From NCBI GenBank assembly GCA_025201805.1, contig MU619240.1:367295-431294 (forward strand): a stretch of DNA of 64,000 nucleotides, written 5' to 3'. The position numbers were made by a program, and so were the translations under genes. Of the stretch, positions 50,839 through 64,000 are shown in pieces. The notes under the pieces were generated by a model, which was not told the origin of the DNA, ran no database searches, and saw only the letters and a list, made by a program, of their open reading frames with translations. Origin of the DNA: Parasitella parasitica NRRL 2501. Lineage: Eukaryota > Fungi > Mucoromycota. Each line of letters begins with the position of its first letter. The stretch's first letter is position 1.

Positions 50839-52167
50839 ATCTAGCTTCTTTTTTTTTTTTTTTTTCAATCAATCCAATGTACTCTTTCTTGTAATATTTT
50901 AATTTATAATGTCGTAATAAACCACTCCATATTTTATTCATGTAAAAAAAACTCATTAGATTTGTTTCATTTCATTGATCTGCCTATTCTTAAAAAGCTC
51001 ATCTATCACAGTGTTTTCCCGTTTTCGAATGCCTATCTGTAAAACCTTCAGTTTTTCTACAGCAGAAATGCATCCCAAGGTTACATTTTTACGCCATTTC
51101 CATGATCTATATAGAGACGACCGCGCAATTAAGATTGGAAATGGATGATAAAATCACTTTTTGATGTCAAGGAGACACGAAATAATCCACAAAAAAAGGG
51201 AGCAAATGCCATGCATATTATAATGCGAACATGGATGACAAATAAAATAAAAAAAAAAAAGGGTTTCAGTTTAATAATTGTGCTAATGTTTAAGTTTAAT
51301 AAACGTGTTGTTACATGACATGCCACTCGATTTTTTAAAACAAAAAAAAAGCGGTTTAATTCTCAAGTTGAATGCATGTCCAAGATAATCGTAGTAACAG
51401 ATAATTTATCAATCGGCTAGGATATAACATTTGATTGTCTAATTTTTTTAGGATAAATACGCCAAAAAGAATGTGCTCGGTCCTGGCTTTTTCCTTCTCA
51501 AGCTTTGTTTCCGCTTAAATGGATATCGTATCCTAAAAGGCATGATGGATGGTGATTTATTCATGGCGACGTTTTTATTGGTAAGGTCTCATTTGATGAT
51601 CGATTTTGTAATAGAAAATGATTGGCAAGGGTAAACTAAATCATCATTTCAAAATGTGGGTAGGTCCGGCGAATTTATTGCGGCCAGTTCACATGTATCG
51701 TATAAAAAATGATGATCATGGTTGTTTCATATTGAGGGAAGAAAGTTTAAATTGTGCCACTTTCAAAATGGAAAAGTCTGCGCCAAGTTGGATGTATATA
51801 TACTATGCAGTTTTTTAAGATTATTCTATCTACACATTCTATACAGTATACGCCAAAATATAATATCAATATTTGCAGTTGAAATGTTACATCTGTCATG
51901 ACTCCAAAAACACATGCAAAGTGAATGTAGTCCCTCGACCCATTTTTTGTATTTCTCCTTTCTTTAAAGCAGGCTGTGGGGTGTATCTACTGGAATGTGC
52001 TAGCAAATAGAGTGGGTTTGCAAAGCTGAGCACGCAGCAAAAATTCAGAAATAATTAATTTTTTTTGCTTCTACCTTTTAGCTACAGTTTTTCATTGTTA
52101 TTACCACTTGTATATTCTTCATAACAAAGAAAACAAATACAAACATACATACATACATACATACATA

Positions 52168-53622
52168 ATGGGACAAAGACAATCTTCGCCAAGACAAGAT
52201 AACACTGGCAACAACAGCAGCAGTGATAATAGCAATGATACCAGCGAAAATGCGACCAGACGTGGGAGAATATTTCGACCTAGTGCCAGGCTGAATGTCG
52301 AAAGAAACAACCCGCTTTCGAGAGAATTGAATGATAATCAAAGACGAAGTGAAAGGCGAACTAGAAGAGCTCGTATACGAGAAGAACAGCTTAACAGTGT
52401 TCAGCAGCAACCGCCACGGGGAGAACACCATGCCGAAGAAGATAGTATTGCTACGCTAATGTCCACAGTTACAGAAGCTATTGAGGCTGCTGCTGCAATT
52501 GCTCCAACCATACGAAGTAGACAGACCGCAGTACCAACAAATACATCAGATATGATTATCGATACGGCTTCTAGTGCATCAGAAGGAACAGCAGAATCAA
52601 CAGCTAGTCCGTTTTCTCGAATGATTGCTCAAGTGATAAGTGAAGCAGTCGTTGCATCTTTTCGTAATGGCCAAATACCATCAGCTGTACCAGAAAGTTT
52701 GCAAACTAGTAATGTAAGACAACAATTAACTATGCATTTATCACCAGAGTTATTTCGCCAACTGGAGCCTGAGAGTACCGAAGATTCATTTATGCGATTC
52801 ATGAGATTACCGGTTATAGTCACCAGCGTATCAACAGCATCCACTGAAGAAAATGATGGTGATACTACTAGTAGCTTACCCAACAATAGAACCCCTGCAA
52901 ATAATATAACTGGCAGTACAGCAACAACAACATTTCCAAGATCAGTAGCTAGTACAGCCGTAAATGCAGATGGTGAGGCACCTACACTAACGGAAGGCGA
53001 AAGCGAGATTACTCGTGTCATGATGTTAATGGTTTTTTTATATGGACCAAGATCTGTCAACCAACAAGCCAATGCTGATAATAATAATCAATCGCCACTT
53101 GATGCTTTCAATAATACCAACGAAGCTCCACCGAGACAAGGTACAAGATCAAGTTCGAGAATTAGAGAAAGACGACAAAGACAGCAAGAGGAACAGCAAT
53201 CTCAGGAATCAACTCAAACCATACCGTCAACAACAGGAGGTCAATGGACAGTGTACATTTTAAGTGGCAATAGTATAGAGAATGTAATGAACGACAGTCC
53301 TTCCTACGAGGAACTACTTGATCTAGCTGCATTAATAGGGCCTGCCAGACGACCTACAGTCAGCCAAGAGGCAATTGACAATTACGTCCCAATTGTGAAA
53401 TATACCCAACAAGTAAAACAAACTATCCTTGGAAATTCAGAAGGGTGTCAGGTTTGTTTGAATAACTACCAATCAGAGGACGATGTCCGTGTTCTTGCGT
53501 GTCACCATGGGTTTCACAAAGATTGTATTGATAAATGGTTAACTGAGGGTCAAAATCAATGTCCACTCTGCCGCGGTGTACCAATCCCTATAGACGCAAC
53601 ACCACCAACCACAAATGATTAG
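52168..53622 (+). CDS. RING-H2 E3 ubiquitin ligase
   Basis: SYEELLDLAALIG followed by CQVCLNNY...LACHHGFHKDCIDKWL...CPLCR. Confidence 0.9.
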   Translation: MGQRQSSPRQDNTGNNSSSDNSNDTSENATRRGRIFRPSARLNVERNNPLSRELNDNQRRSERRTRRARIREEQLNSVQQQPPRGEHHAEEDSIATLMSTVTEAIEAAAAIAPTIRSRQTAVPTNTSDMIIDTASSASEGTAESTASPFSRMIAQVISEAVVASFRNGQIPSAVPESLQTSNVRQQLTMHLSPELFRQLEPESTEDSFMRFMRLPVIVTSVSTASTEENDGDTTSSLPNNRTPANNITGSTATTTFPRSVASTAVNADGEAPTLTEGESEITRVMMLMVFLYGPRSVNQQANADNNNQSPLDAFNNTNEAPPRQGTRSSSRIRERRQRQQEEQQSQESTQTIPSTTGGQWTVYILSGNSIENVMNDSPSYEELLDLAALIGPARRPTVSQEAIDNYVPIVKYTQQVKQTILGNSEGCQVCLNNYQSEDDVRVLACHHGFHKDCIDKWLTEGQNQCPLCRGVPIPIDATPPTTND

Positions 53623-53783
53623 AGAAACAAAGAGAAAAGAAAAAAAGAAGTTGGCCTCTAAATTTTCTATTATAAATAGATGGAGGGGCCGCTTCCTTCT
53701 TTTTTGTCAAAAATAAAAAAATTTTAAAAATTCAGAATACCCTTTCTCCTCTCTCTGCTTTGCATAATTTCTCAACATCAAAA

Positions 53784-54272
53784 ATGCTACTAATCCAGCC
53801 ACTCAAAATTGATGAAATAAACATTGTCATCAACGATTTGGATGAGGACGAAGCTGAACAGTCAAACCAGCAACCAACTCAATTCTCTGCGCAATTGCCG
53901 CCTCAGCCCCAAATTTCATTATCATTGCCACAACCATCACACAATACTTCATTACCATCACCAATCGACTTTATCGATGATGATGAATTGCTAGCCATTC
54001 TAGGATTACCAGTTTCTGCCTCATCAAGCACCACTTCTACGACTGTCAACTCACCTGTCAATGAATTATCACTATTAGATTGGGAAGATATGCCCGAATT
54101 ATCCGAAGGTGAAGAAGATTATCCTTCTGTCGAGCCACTTCAGCTTTCAACAAACAAACGAAAGCTTGAGGAAGACATTTTTGCTCAGTATGATTTTGAA
54201 GAAACTAATCCATACACTAAAAAATTGTGTAAACAATCATTATCACAAAACCCCTGTATTCAACCTTGCTAA
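53784..54272 (+). CDS. Hypothetical acidic, low-complexity protein
   Basis: 162-aa ORF with a TATAAATA box about 110 bp upstream and NLS-like KRKL; no recognised family. Confidence 0.55.
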   Translation: MLLIQPLKIDEINIVINDLDEDEAEQSNQQPTQFSAQLPPQPQISLSLPQPSHNTSLPSPIDFIDDDELLAILGLPVSASSSTTSTTVNSPVNELSLLDWEDMPELSEGEEDYPSVEPLQLSTNKRKLEEDIFAQYDFEETNPYTKKLCKQSLSQNPCIQPC

Positions 54273-54956
54273 GAAAAAAAAAGAAAATGATTAGTATATT
54301 CCCCCCCCCCCCCCCCTAAGTTTTTTTTTTTTTTTTGTCAAATGTAAAGTAGTGTAAATAATAGATAGTATAAGTGTATCATTTCTACAACTAAAATAAA
54401 TTAACTTTTTTCCCATTGTCCCATATATATTACATTATTATGTAATGTAGCCAATGACTAATACTTCATATAGCTCTTGCAAGTTATAAAAACCTAGATG
54501 GACAAGTTTCTTTTTTGTTTCTTTTCCATTTAAAGTAACTTGGTCTAACCTACTTTTGGTAATAATTTTGACAGTTTATTCCCCGATTTGGTTAGATTGC
54601 GCCGATCTCTTTTTTCAGGGATCAGTTTTCATGTCCCTATTAATGTACCGAAATTGAATTTCCGTTAGAACCTATTACAAAAAAAAACTGTTACTCTCTC
54701 AAAATTTGAGCTTTGACTACGTAAATACAACCTTCAGCGAAGGGATTAAAATTTTTGAGGCCTCATTATACATTTGGAATTCCATATAAGTTTTTAATTC
54801 TATTTTTACAAAAATAGATGACCCATATAAACAAAGAAAAAGGTGACTCGGCATCTTGGAGAGTGAGAATAAAATTGCGTCGCCCTCCGTCTCCATCTCC
54901 TCGCATATCATATCACATAATATATAACATATCGTTTCAATATCAAACGTTAGCAA

Positions 54957-55958
54957 ATGTCGACTATTTATCAAGCAGCATACGAGGGGAAATTGTTTGT
55001 CGTTCAGCAAATGATTGAAAAAGACAAAACATTAATCAACTCCTTTGACGAAGTATGTAAAAAGTAAAAAAATTAATTTCTGTATTATACAACTCTTTTT
55101 TTTTTTGGTTGTATGATATAGGATGGACGTAATGCTCTTCATTGGGCAGCTTCAGGAGGATATGCAGATATTGTGCAGTACTTGATTAAAATGGGAGCCA
55201 TTGTAAACAGCCAAGATAAAGAGGTAAATAACTGACACGTAGGTAATCGTGCAGTTTTTAATTTATCCTTCAATATGGAATATTTATAAAGGCTCAATGG
55301 ACACCATTGATGATTGCTGGTATGTAATATACAAATTTGAAAAGCACAAAAAGAAAACAGTGTTGGATGTTTCATACCACTCAAACTATAGCTTCTGCTG
55401 GACATTTGGAAGTTGCCAAATTATTATTGCAGAATAAAGCAGATCCAGTCTTAGAAAATGAGACAAAGCAAACTGCTTTGTAAGTCAAAGGTGCGAGATA
55501 AATTCGTATTCATTCTCACCTGCTGATGTTTAGACATTATGCTGCGTCCAAGAATAGAACTGAGGTGAGTTTACACCTTCAAGCTTTACTTTCATTCCAT
55601 TGCTAAATCATTGCTGACAGATTGCCGAATTGTTGATTGAATACCAGGCATCCGTAAATCACTTGAACAAATACAAACAAACGCCGTTGTAAGCATTCTA
55701 ATTTATTACATGTGATTATGATAAAAATCAAACGTTTTCAACAGACATCAAGCTGCCTCTAAAGGCCACATCAAGATTATCCAGCTGTTATTAGCTACAA
55801 AAGCAAGGGTCAACCCTAAAGACTCTCAAGGTAACACACCTTTGCACTATGCATGTGAAGAAGGACAACGTGATTGCGCTCTACTCTTGATCGAAAATAA
55901 TGGTAACTTGGATGCGCTTAATACAGACGGAAAATCACCTACTAGTTTTTTGCATTAA
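54957..55958 (+). CDS. Ankyrin-repeat protein, Nas6/gankyrin (PSMD10)-like, many short exons; absent from the ORF track
   Basis: Spliced IYQAAYEGK...DGRNALHWAASGG...WTPLMIAASAGH...LHYAASKNR...HQAASKGH...DSQGNTPLHYACEEG. Confidence 0.85.
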
Positions 55959-56039
55959 TTTTGCGGACCTTTTTTTTTGTTTTTTTACTTGAAATTAAAA
56001 CGAGATGTCTACTTTTAACATGAGAGATGAATACGTGTA

Positions 56040-57220
56040 TCATTTCAAAGTGATGGACAAGACTCCTAAATCTGAATCTATGGAAATTGGGACTGTTCAG
56101 AATGATTCATACGACACAGCCGGTGTGGAACGGTATTATCGGGGTTAACAGAACTCGACATGAAGGCTTCCGCCAAGATATTTTCATGAGAGATGAAGCA
56201 TCAGATACATGTACTAAAGAATCGAAGATACCAAATCAAAACCATCGTCTGTAAAAAAATCTAATATAAAAACTCGATCAGCAAATAGTATTTCTGCCGA
56301 AAACAAAAAAAAAGCTGGAATTGTTAGAAGAACAGCTCAACATTATGTGAAGCTCTTTAGAGATGATGAAGAGAAGCGTTTGCCTAGCTCAAGAAAACTT
56401 TGTACACAAAACTTGAACTGCGATATCCCAACTTTCTCTGTGACCTTTACGAAGAAAAACCGAAATCTGTTTTTTGGGAAGCAAGTGATTCATTACTCCA
56501 AGTATATCCTGAAATTAAACCAATTTCTCTTTCTGATCTTTACAAATATCTGATCCAGCAGGCATCATTGACACTTAAAAAGCTAGAACATACAGTAATT
56601 GCGGGAGCTGCTCTTAATAATCTAACGCCACGCAGAGAAAGAGTTTTTAAATAAAAATATGATACAAATATGAGTTGGAACAATAACTGTGTTTTTATTG
56701 ATGACATACACATCCGTAAACACTTTGGCAGATCAAAGTTAGGAATACCTACCAAGACATTACTTCTTCAAACAGAGGTATCACTATGGCTATTATTGGC
56801 GCTATTTGTGAAGAAGGGGTAATTGATTTAATTTTGCGGAAAATTAAGGCAGTTCACAAAAAAGCTATCTGTTCCAAAAAGAGATACTGAAGCTGAAGTC
56901 GTTCAGGTAAATGCTAGAGTTGGTACGCATAGGGAGCATTTCCTTGAATTTTTTAGTAGCATTATGGATATGTCGGATCAAGATGGGATGGAGGTTACCT
57001 GGTTATGGATAATGCAGCCATTTATAAAGTGGACGAATTTTAAAAATTGTGGCTATAAAACTACACATTTGCCCTCCTATTCACCATTTTTAAATTTATA
57101 GAGTTGGTCTGGTCAAAAAATCAAATTAAATACTATGAATAGTGATTGTTTAAGACATTTTTATTCATTTTTGGTAGATGTTTGGCTCTCGAGCCAATTC
57201 TTTCGTTTTATGAAAAAGTA
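56040..57220 (+). mobile_element. Highly degenerate Tc1/mariner-IS630 (DDE_3) transposase relic
   Basis: Fragments CVFIDD, IIGAICEEGVI, VGTHREHFLEF, LVMDNAAI and HLPSYSPFLNFIELVWSK; many stops and frameshifts. Confidence 0.8.
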
Positions 57221-60216
57221 CATTGATACAATATATATCCTCTGCGCATAACACAGAAAACACCAAATTTCATACAAAAAATGTATAAAAGCACATATAC
57301 TTTTGCATAAAGAACAAACCAAACCATGATTTATCCTCATCTGACGACGCCATATATATATACTTTATTTTTATTAGGTGATACATATCAAAACTTTTCT
57401 GAAAAAAAAATTTTCTAATTCTTTTTCGTGACAAAATATGCTTATAGAGTACTACTTTTACCAAATACTCTGTAATAATAGTGTATCATGTCTGGCTATA
57501 TTACTAATGTTTTGAGAGATACATTCTTCTCTCGATTTTTTGTACATGAACACTTTCAGTAGTCCATACTAATGAGAACAGCTTGTTCCTTACTGTTTTT
57601 TGCAGTATTGTCTTTGAACTAAAGTAAAAATTAGATGCTTCTTAATCAAAACTTCATTTTTTTGAGGGAAGATTGTCCCCTAGACACCCTACTATCGGCC
57701 CTAATAAAGATATACTCTTCAGGTTTCCCTCAATTTCTACTCGTTGATAATTGATAGTGTTGTCCTGAAGAACCGTAATGTTGTGTACAAAGGATATAAG
57801 AAAATAATTTGGTAAAAAATATACAATTTAACATATATAAAATAGAGCTTTACAAGAACACGGCAAAATAAACACAATCCAGCGAGTAATAGAGTGTATA
57901 AATGCTTTGTTTGGTTTTGTAATTCCCATTCAAGTTTCCAATTTTTGAGAAGTCGGCGTTAAATCAAGTATATCTCATTTTCAATAACTGATTAAAAATA
58001 TATAGAAGCTTTAGAAAACTGTGAAAAAAAATATGTGCGTATGCAACAAAGCGTGAAATAAATGGTCATGTATTTTGATTTGAAATAAGAGCTCTTTCAA
58101 TAGAGTAAATCATGTTGAAAGTCGGGCGAAATAGCTTGAATCAACCAAATTAGGAGATTCGAAATCCAAAAAAGGCGATTTTTTAAGCTGTACACTCCGT
58201 TCTAATTAATTAATAATATGTTGAAAGTAAAATCAGACAAAAAGACCAATAACTTTTTTGATAAGAGCATGTCATTCTTTTTACACTACATTATTTCTAA
58301 TTATAATGATTAAACATTGAACTTTGTAGTATATATATAATTTACTTATTTGTTGTACATCAGTAGCTTATTTATTCGATTGTATACGGTACAAAAAATT
58401 ACCAATCAAGTAATTGCTTAATCTTGAGCCTCATCTCCCAATTGGGCGGAGAAGATCTAATAAAAGCGTTTTAAACTGTGAATCATTTTAAAAGTGTGCG
58501 ATTTCAAGATAACCTACAAAAAGAAACAACTTCGTATGAATTTCAGATAGAAGTAGAATAAAAAGTGTATAGTTAGTTGAGACGATGAATCAAATGCTAA
58601 AACTCTTACATCAAGTGTTTTAACGCTCCTAGAATATCATATGCATAATAAGTATCTGATAAAACATGTAACATAGTCTGTCTCATCAATCTGTTCTGAA
58701 AGTCAATTTAAAATATGTGAAATTATATTGTACAAAGCCCCTCCCTTCTTTTTCTGGTATAGAAAGTTGATCATTTACCGTTTTTATACCAAACTTTGTA
58801 CCAATTTAAACTCTTTCTATACAACTATTCTTTGTTATGATGAATACATGTTTGATATTGTTTACAAAACTTGCGAACAATGAAAATGACCTGATTTCCA
58901 ATACCTGCATATACAAACATGCAGAATATCTGAGAAGCATGTTACAATGCAAGATATTGAGTATAACGTAGGGTTACAATACTAAACATAAGAAATGTGA
59001 ATTGATTTACATTAAAACGTTTAAATTTTGAATAATTACTACAAAAAAATCTGTATAAGATATAAAAACGAGGGATCATTCACATAAAGTGAAATATAGG
59101 ATATTACTACAATCCGGATCCAGACTGAACATGTGTACACCTGCATGCACAAAGAAAAACTGTTTGTTTATATACACATTTGTGTTATGTGTACATTCTG
59201 CCTTTATAAATGATAACTATTTGCCACTCATTTTCATTTTCTGTTTCCGTGGGATAAACAGTAAACTTATTATCAGTACTTAAGGATACAGAAAGCAAGC
59301 ATTTCTTTTGATTTTTTCTTTTCGTATATCAATATTTCTTTGGCAAAAGAAATGAAAAACCTTATATCACATAAACTTTTTCATAAGAAAAGATTAATCG
59401 ATTAGCACATTACAATTTATTTTATGTGCACTATGGCAAAATTCAAACTTGGCGACGATCCCCGAGATTTGAAGCTGCTTTTCCGATTGACGATCTTTTT
59501 GTGATATAAATGTACTAAGCATAACACAGAAAATAAAACAATTTATAAATGGTGATACAGAAGAAACTTTATATACAAGATAAGGTTTGCGAAAAAAAAT
59601 ATTAAAAACTGGACTCATTATCTGGTATTCTTTGAATGTAAATAGATAATGAGAAGACCTCTTCGGGTTAATATATTCACGATATACCCAAAATACAGAA
59701 AAACAAGAGGGACAAAATGTGTTTTTATCTATTTGTGTGTATTTGTGGCTGAACCGAGGGAGAGTGTCCATTATCTCTACCTTGCTCCCCTTCCCCCTCT
59801 CTCACTTCTCCCCCATTTTTCTGCAAAAAAAGAATAAAACCTCGATCAATGAATACTCTCTCTCTCTATTTTTTTTGCCCCTTTTTATATCTTTATGTTG
59901 TAAATGTGTACGTTATTTGTCCTCTCCTGAAGGAATTTGGATATTAATAAGTAACAAAGTGAATGATGATTGGATGAAATCTACATCATCGTCGTCATTT
60001 TACTACAAATCGAAGAGTTGGGCCCAAGGTGACCCGCATTTACATTTGTGAAACTCTCTCTACGTCATGGACAACTCCGATTATTATTATATCAAGTATT
60101 TCCTGGTTTGGCCCCTTAAAAAATACATAAATAAGAAAAATTTTATAATTGAACAAAGCAGATTTGCTCTTCCTTTTTCTTTCTTCCCATCCAATTCACA
60201 AAATAAAACAAATACA

Positions 60217-61275
60217 ATGGCACAACCCACCACAGCAACATCTTCTACTACATTTAATCACTACACAGATCAAGCATCTCTGTTGGAAAGAAGACAACAA
60301 AATGCCCCATTTCTGCAGCAATTGGAGTTGCCATCGTTACCACCCTTATCACAATTATTGACATCTGATACTGGTTCAAATAAAGATCAGCCAATGCCAA
60401 ACACACAAGCAGCAACAGAAGCAGCCATTGCAGCAGCTACCGCAGTGACAGCATCCATGATCACATCTACAACCCAACCCATCATTCAAGAAACATTTTT
60501 ACCCAGCCATTCTCAAAAGAATACAAACACTAATTTACTGTATGGCTTTCATCAACAAACTGCAACATCGACATCTCCTATCTTGACATCTAATGCGCTT
60601 TTAAACGATTCGGTGGCTATATTCCCTACTACAACAGACACTACATTAGATCAGTCATTAATGGCCAGTAATCATCACTTTTTGGATTCACAACAACAAA
60701 TGTTCAATGCAGCAGCAGCAGTAGCAGCAGCTACCGCGGGCCTGACCGATCCACATGCAGTGAATCCAACCATGGGTATGCCACCTTCTTTTATGGAGAG
60801 ACAAAGACAATCGTCAGTATCATCCACATCATCTGATAAAGTATATTCATTTGTAGCTATTCCTGGTACCAACCAAAGAAAGAGACCACGCAGACGATAT
60901 GACGAAATTGAAAGACTTTATCACTGTAATTGGCCCGGATGTACAAAGGCCTATGGTACTTTGAACCATTTAAATGCACATGTGAGCATGCAACAACATG
61001 TAAGTCTTTTTTTCTTCTGTAAAATGTATAGCAATACCTAACATTTCCTTGATTTTCAGGGACCTAAACGTCATCCTACTGAATTCAAAGAAATGCGTAA
61101 AGAATGGAGACGTCAAAAGAAAGAAAGAGATGCAGCAAAGAAATCAGCCGAACAAGCTTATCGTAACCAGCAAGAATCAATGATGCAGCAACAGCAACAA
61201 CAGCATCAAACAATCCCTTTTGCTTTCCAACAGTCTTTCATCCCGAACAATATGGCTCTTGGTAATTTCTATTAA
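60217..61275 (+). CDS. C2H2 zinc-finger transcription factor, Con7-like, 2 exons
   Basis: YSFVAIPG...RKRPRRRYDEIERLYHCNWPGCTKAYGTLNHLNAHVSMQQH|GPKRHPTEFKEMRKEWR; intron about 61000-61059. Confidence 0.88.
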
Positions 61276-62019
61276 AAAAATGAAAAACTGGTTTTTTTTC
61301 TATGTATACAACATCCACTTTCTGTACATTTTCTTGCGTTTCAAAGCAAGGAGAAATCTATAAAAAAGAAGGGAGTCTTTTCGGCAAAACAAACATTGCA
61401 AACACAAAGAACTCACTTTTCCCCTCGACCCCCCCCCCTATATCTATTACTTGTATATTTCCTTCAAAATCACGCTTCTTTTTTTTATTGTTGACTCTCC
61501 TTGAATATCATGAAAAACAAAATAAAAATACAATATTTGCACCATGATTCAAGTACATTTTCTCACAAACATCTTGTATTACTTGAACACAAGCTGAAAG
61601 TTCTACCAAAAGAAGGATCAGTGGTATCAGTTTTTCTGAAAAAGACAAGATGACGTTTTTTATTAATGTTGTACACTTTTACTCCCTCCAGATGAAACTA
61701 TTTGTATTTTACTTCTGTGCAGCATTTAAAATAAAAGATCTGAGTTACTCCGTTGGGCATATATCAATATTGGTTTTTATAAGTTGTAGATACACAGTTC
61801 AGGGCAAAAGAAATTGGACAGTTACGTAGCATCAGAAAGCTTAGGTTACAACTTTAGTTATTTGTAAAAACACCATTATTTTATTGTATAAGATAAGACG
61901 AGCTGGTTGCCCCGCCCACTCTGGTGATTTTTGCACCTTCATGGGGTTCATCTCGCTCCGCGAGGATGCGAGTCTCCAAAATAAATGAAATTTTATTGTT
62001 TTCAAGTGTATATGTTGCA

Positions 62020-62237
62020 TCCATAGAACTCCATACTTACCACTCAATTGTCACGGCAGCAGTTCCTGATCGAATCCAAGATTAAATATTACCGATTATT
62101 CTGTAAAAAAAAGGCAATCATAGAATATCTTGCACATAAGTTTTTTGTATCCATAGAATAACCACCGTTACCATAATGTTTCAATTTAGTTGTCATGGCA
62201 ACCGTCCCTGATCGGATCTAAGGTTAAATGTCACCGG
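62020..62237. repeat. Degenerate tandem duplication of about 80-90 bp
   Basis: atccatagaa...ttgtcacggcagcagttcctgatcgaatccaagattaaatattaccg versus atccatagaa...ttgtcatggcaaccgtccctgatcggatctaaggttaaatgtcaccg. Confidence 0.75.
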
Positions 62238-62659
62238 CAAATATATATTAAATAGAAATGTATTGCATAGGAAACCTCTTCAACAATGCATTTAAGCTGC
62301 CTCTACTGCATTGACAAGCAAAGTGTGCTAAAATTTAAATCCAACAAAAAAAAAAGAATACTCTTACTTAGAATGAGCAATGTTCGGTAACATTATACGA
62401 CTTTAGGTATTTTTACAACATGACACTTGTCTTTAAGACGTAGAATCATGGTTCATCATGAGAGCGAGTGAACCAATTACCAAGAGCAAATTAAAATCAC
62501 CAGCGTCTACACAATAAGCAAACAAATATATAGACCTTTTTTATTTATGAGAAACAGAATAAAGAAAGGGTAATAAGAAAAGAAATAGAGAGAAAAACAA
62601 GGGAAAAGAACAAATAAAATGTACAAAAAAGAGTGCGATTTTCTTCTTGTATCTTAAGT

Positions 62660-63624
62660 TTATACGAGTAAAACAGCATTGATGCAACCATCGTTTTCTA
62701 AAGTCCAATTAGTTCAGAATAAAAACCCTGTGCACATCAAATGAAAAGCTTACCTGGATTATTAGTTACTTGAGCATATTTGCCCCAAACGACTTTACCA
62801 CCTGTTGTAACCAAACCCAATTCGGAGACATTGACTTCGAGTACAGTACCCTTAGTAATGACACCAAGTTGAGTATAAAGAGGTGATTGAGGATTCTTTT
62901 TTACACCAATGATAGGTAAACAAAAGGTTGCTTTCAATTCTGGATGAGTGACATGTGCCTTCTTATAACGCAGACCCATAGGACGGACAAAACGTTCATA
63001 CTTTGGTGGTTTACGAGTAAACCCTTCGCCCACAAAGGTAGCCTTTGTAACCAAACGCTTCCATTGTTTTGTCTTATGCTTACCAGTCTTTACAACTTTG
63101 AACATCTCGTCTTCTGCCATACCACGAACAGTAGGCAGAGGAACCGACCATTTGCCAGCTTTTTCCTTACGCTTTTGTTTGACCATATTACTTAAAATCT
63201 TTGCACGATCTTCACCTTCACGATCCAGAAGATAAGTAGGCACAGCACCCTCAGGGATGGCATCGGCTGACTTTTGCTTGGCATTCTTTTCCTCATGTTG
63301 TTTGATGGTTTTCTTCATTTGAATCTTCTCCGCATGGCGCTTCTTATTCAACATCTTGGCTTTAAGGCCATGCACCTTCTGAGCATATTGTGAAGCCTTG
63401 TGAACCTGACGAGCCTCTCTCTTACGTCTAAAAATAATTTTTTACATCAATTTTCGAAATTTCAAAAATTGCGATCGAATTACTTACTTTCTCTCCTCAT
63501 AATCGAGACGACGACCATGTCGTTTAATATGCTCTTCAATATGCTCGTTTTGAGGCTAATTAGAAGAAAATTAACAGTTATTATTGTATGTTTTTCACAA
63601 AATTTGCTTTTTATTTAGTACCAT
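62660..63624 (-). CDS. NSA2: Ribosome biogenesis protein Nsa2, multi-exon
   Basis: M|[18 protein letters not shown]...[10 protein letters not shown]...[18 protein letters not shown]...[11 protein letters not shown]|[12 protein letters not shown]. Confidence 0.97.
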
Positions 63625-63728
63625 ATTGCTATATGTGTAGATAAGGAAAGAGAGGAACTCTGATTTGTAAAAATTTGCATGGTATCGTAAAAAATTAGTT
63701 GAAACCGGTCACTGTACATCACCAATCA

Positions 63729-63998
63729 TTATAGAAACATATCCTCTGAGCTCTCGCTCAAGATCGCTCCTTCCAGTCTGATTTCGACGCCTGATGCTCT
63801 ATTGTTTGTTCCTTCTTTAGGAAAAGTAGCTCCCTTCAGATAGGTGAATGTAAAGTCAACTTGATGATCAAAGTCAAAGCCGAATCTGGAATTTTGGAAT
63901 ATACAATTTTCTAAATAACTATCCTTGAAGCATGATTTGGGATCGATGTGATAGTCTGAGAAATCAAGATTAGAGAGGTTTTTCTCTTGCAGTTGAAA
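63729..63998 (-). CDS. 3' end of a pentapeptide-repeat-like protein; 5' part lies outside the window
   Basis: Open frame from the window edge: LQEKNLSNLDFSDY...FKDSYLENCIFQNSRF...DFTFTYLKGATF...LEGAIL...stop. Confidence 0.6.
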   Translation of the reverse strand, partial: FQLQEKNLSNLDFSDYHIDPKSCFKDSYLENCIFQNSRFGFDFDHQVDFTFTYLKGATFPKEGTNNRASGVEIRLEGAILSESSEDMFL

Positions 63999-64000
63999 TA

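Noticed and set aside
62032-62042. U1 snRNA 5' end-like ATACTTACC
   Set aside because: Not followed by TGG or U1 stem-loops.
63860-63960. Box C/D snoRNA-like TGATGA...CTGA
   Set aside because: Lies antisense within an open pentapeptide-repeat reading frame; no convincing terminal stem outside the boxes.

Overview
Eukaryotic, intron-rich fungal DNA. Gene content and transposon types point to Mucorales (Mucor/Parasitella-like); this is an inference. There are two N-gaps (30836-31365, 39102-39871). The left end (1-4140) is accessory: the 3' end of a Fanzor/TnpB-like RuvC nuclease gene lies tail-to-tail with a decaying PD-(D/E)XK-fold gene, followed by a tandem duplication and an array of subterminal-type repeats. 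Housekeeping genes follow: TYW3, Ran/GSP1, ubiquitin-RPL40, ORC5, CDC37, a DUF676-like hydrolase, a damaged Rheb paralogue, a long-chain alcohol oxidase and a Tos4/Plm2-like FHA protein. This block is interrupted by a full-length L1-like LINE with a target-site duplication (TSD) and by a second, internally deleted Fanzor-like relic. About 16 kb (27.3-43.3 kb) is free of recognisable host genes, AT-rich, and built of nested solo LTRs, a LINE relic, a gypsy-like gag/protease relic and local repeats; it is a candidate Mucorales centromere or pericentromere. The right part holds an MTH1-like NUDIX gene, a membrane-anchored Ssk1-like response regulator with a His-less pseudo-kinase domain, a RING-H2 E3, Nas6/gankyrin, a Tc1/IS630 relic, a Con7-like C2H2 factor, NSA2 and a partial pentapeptide-repeat gene.
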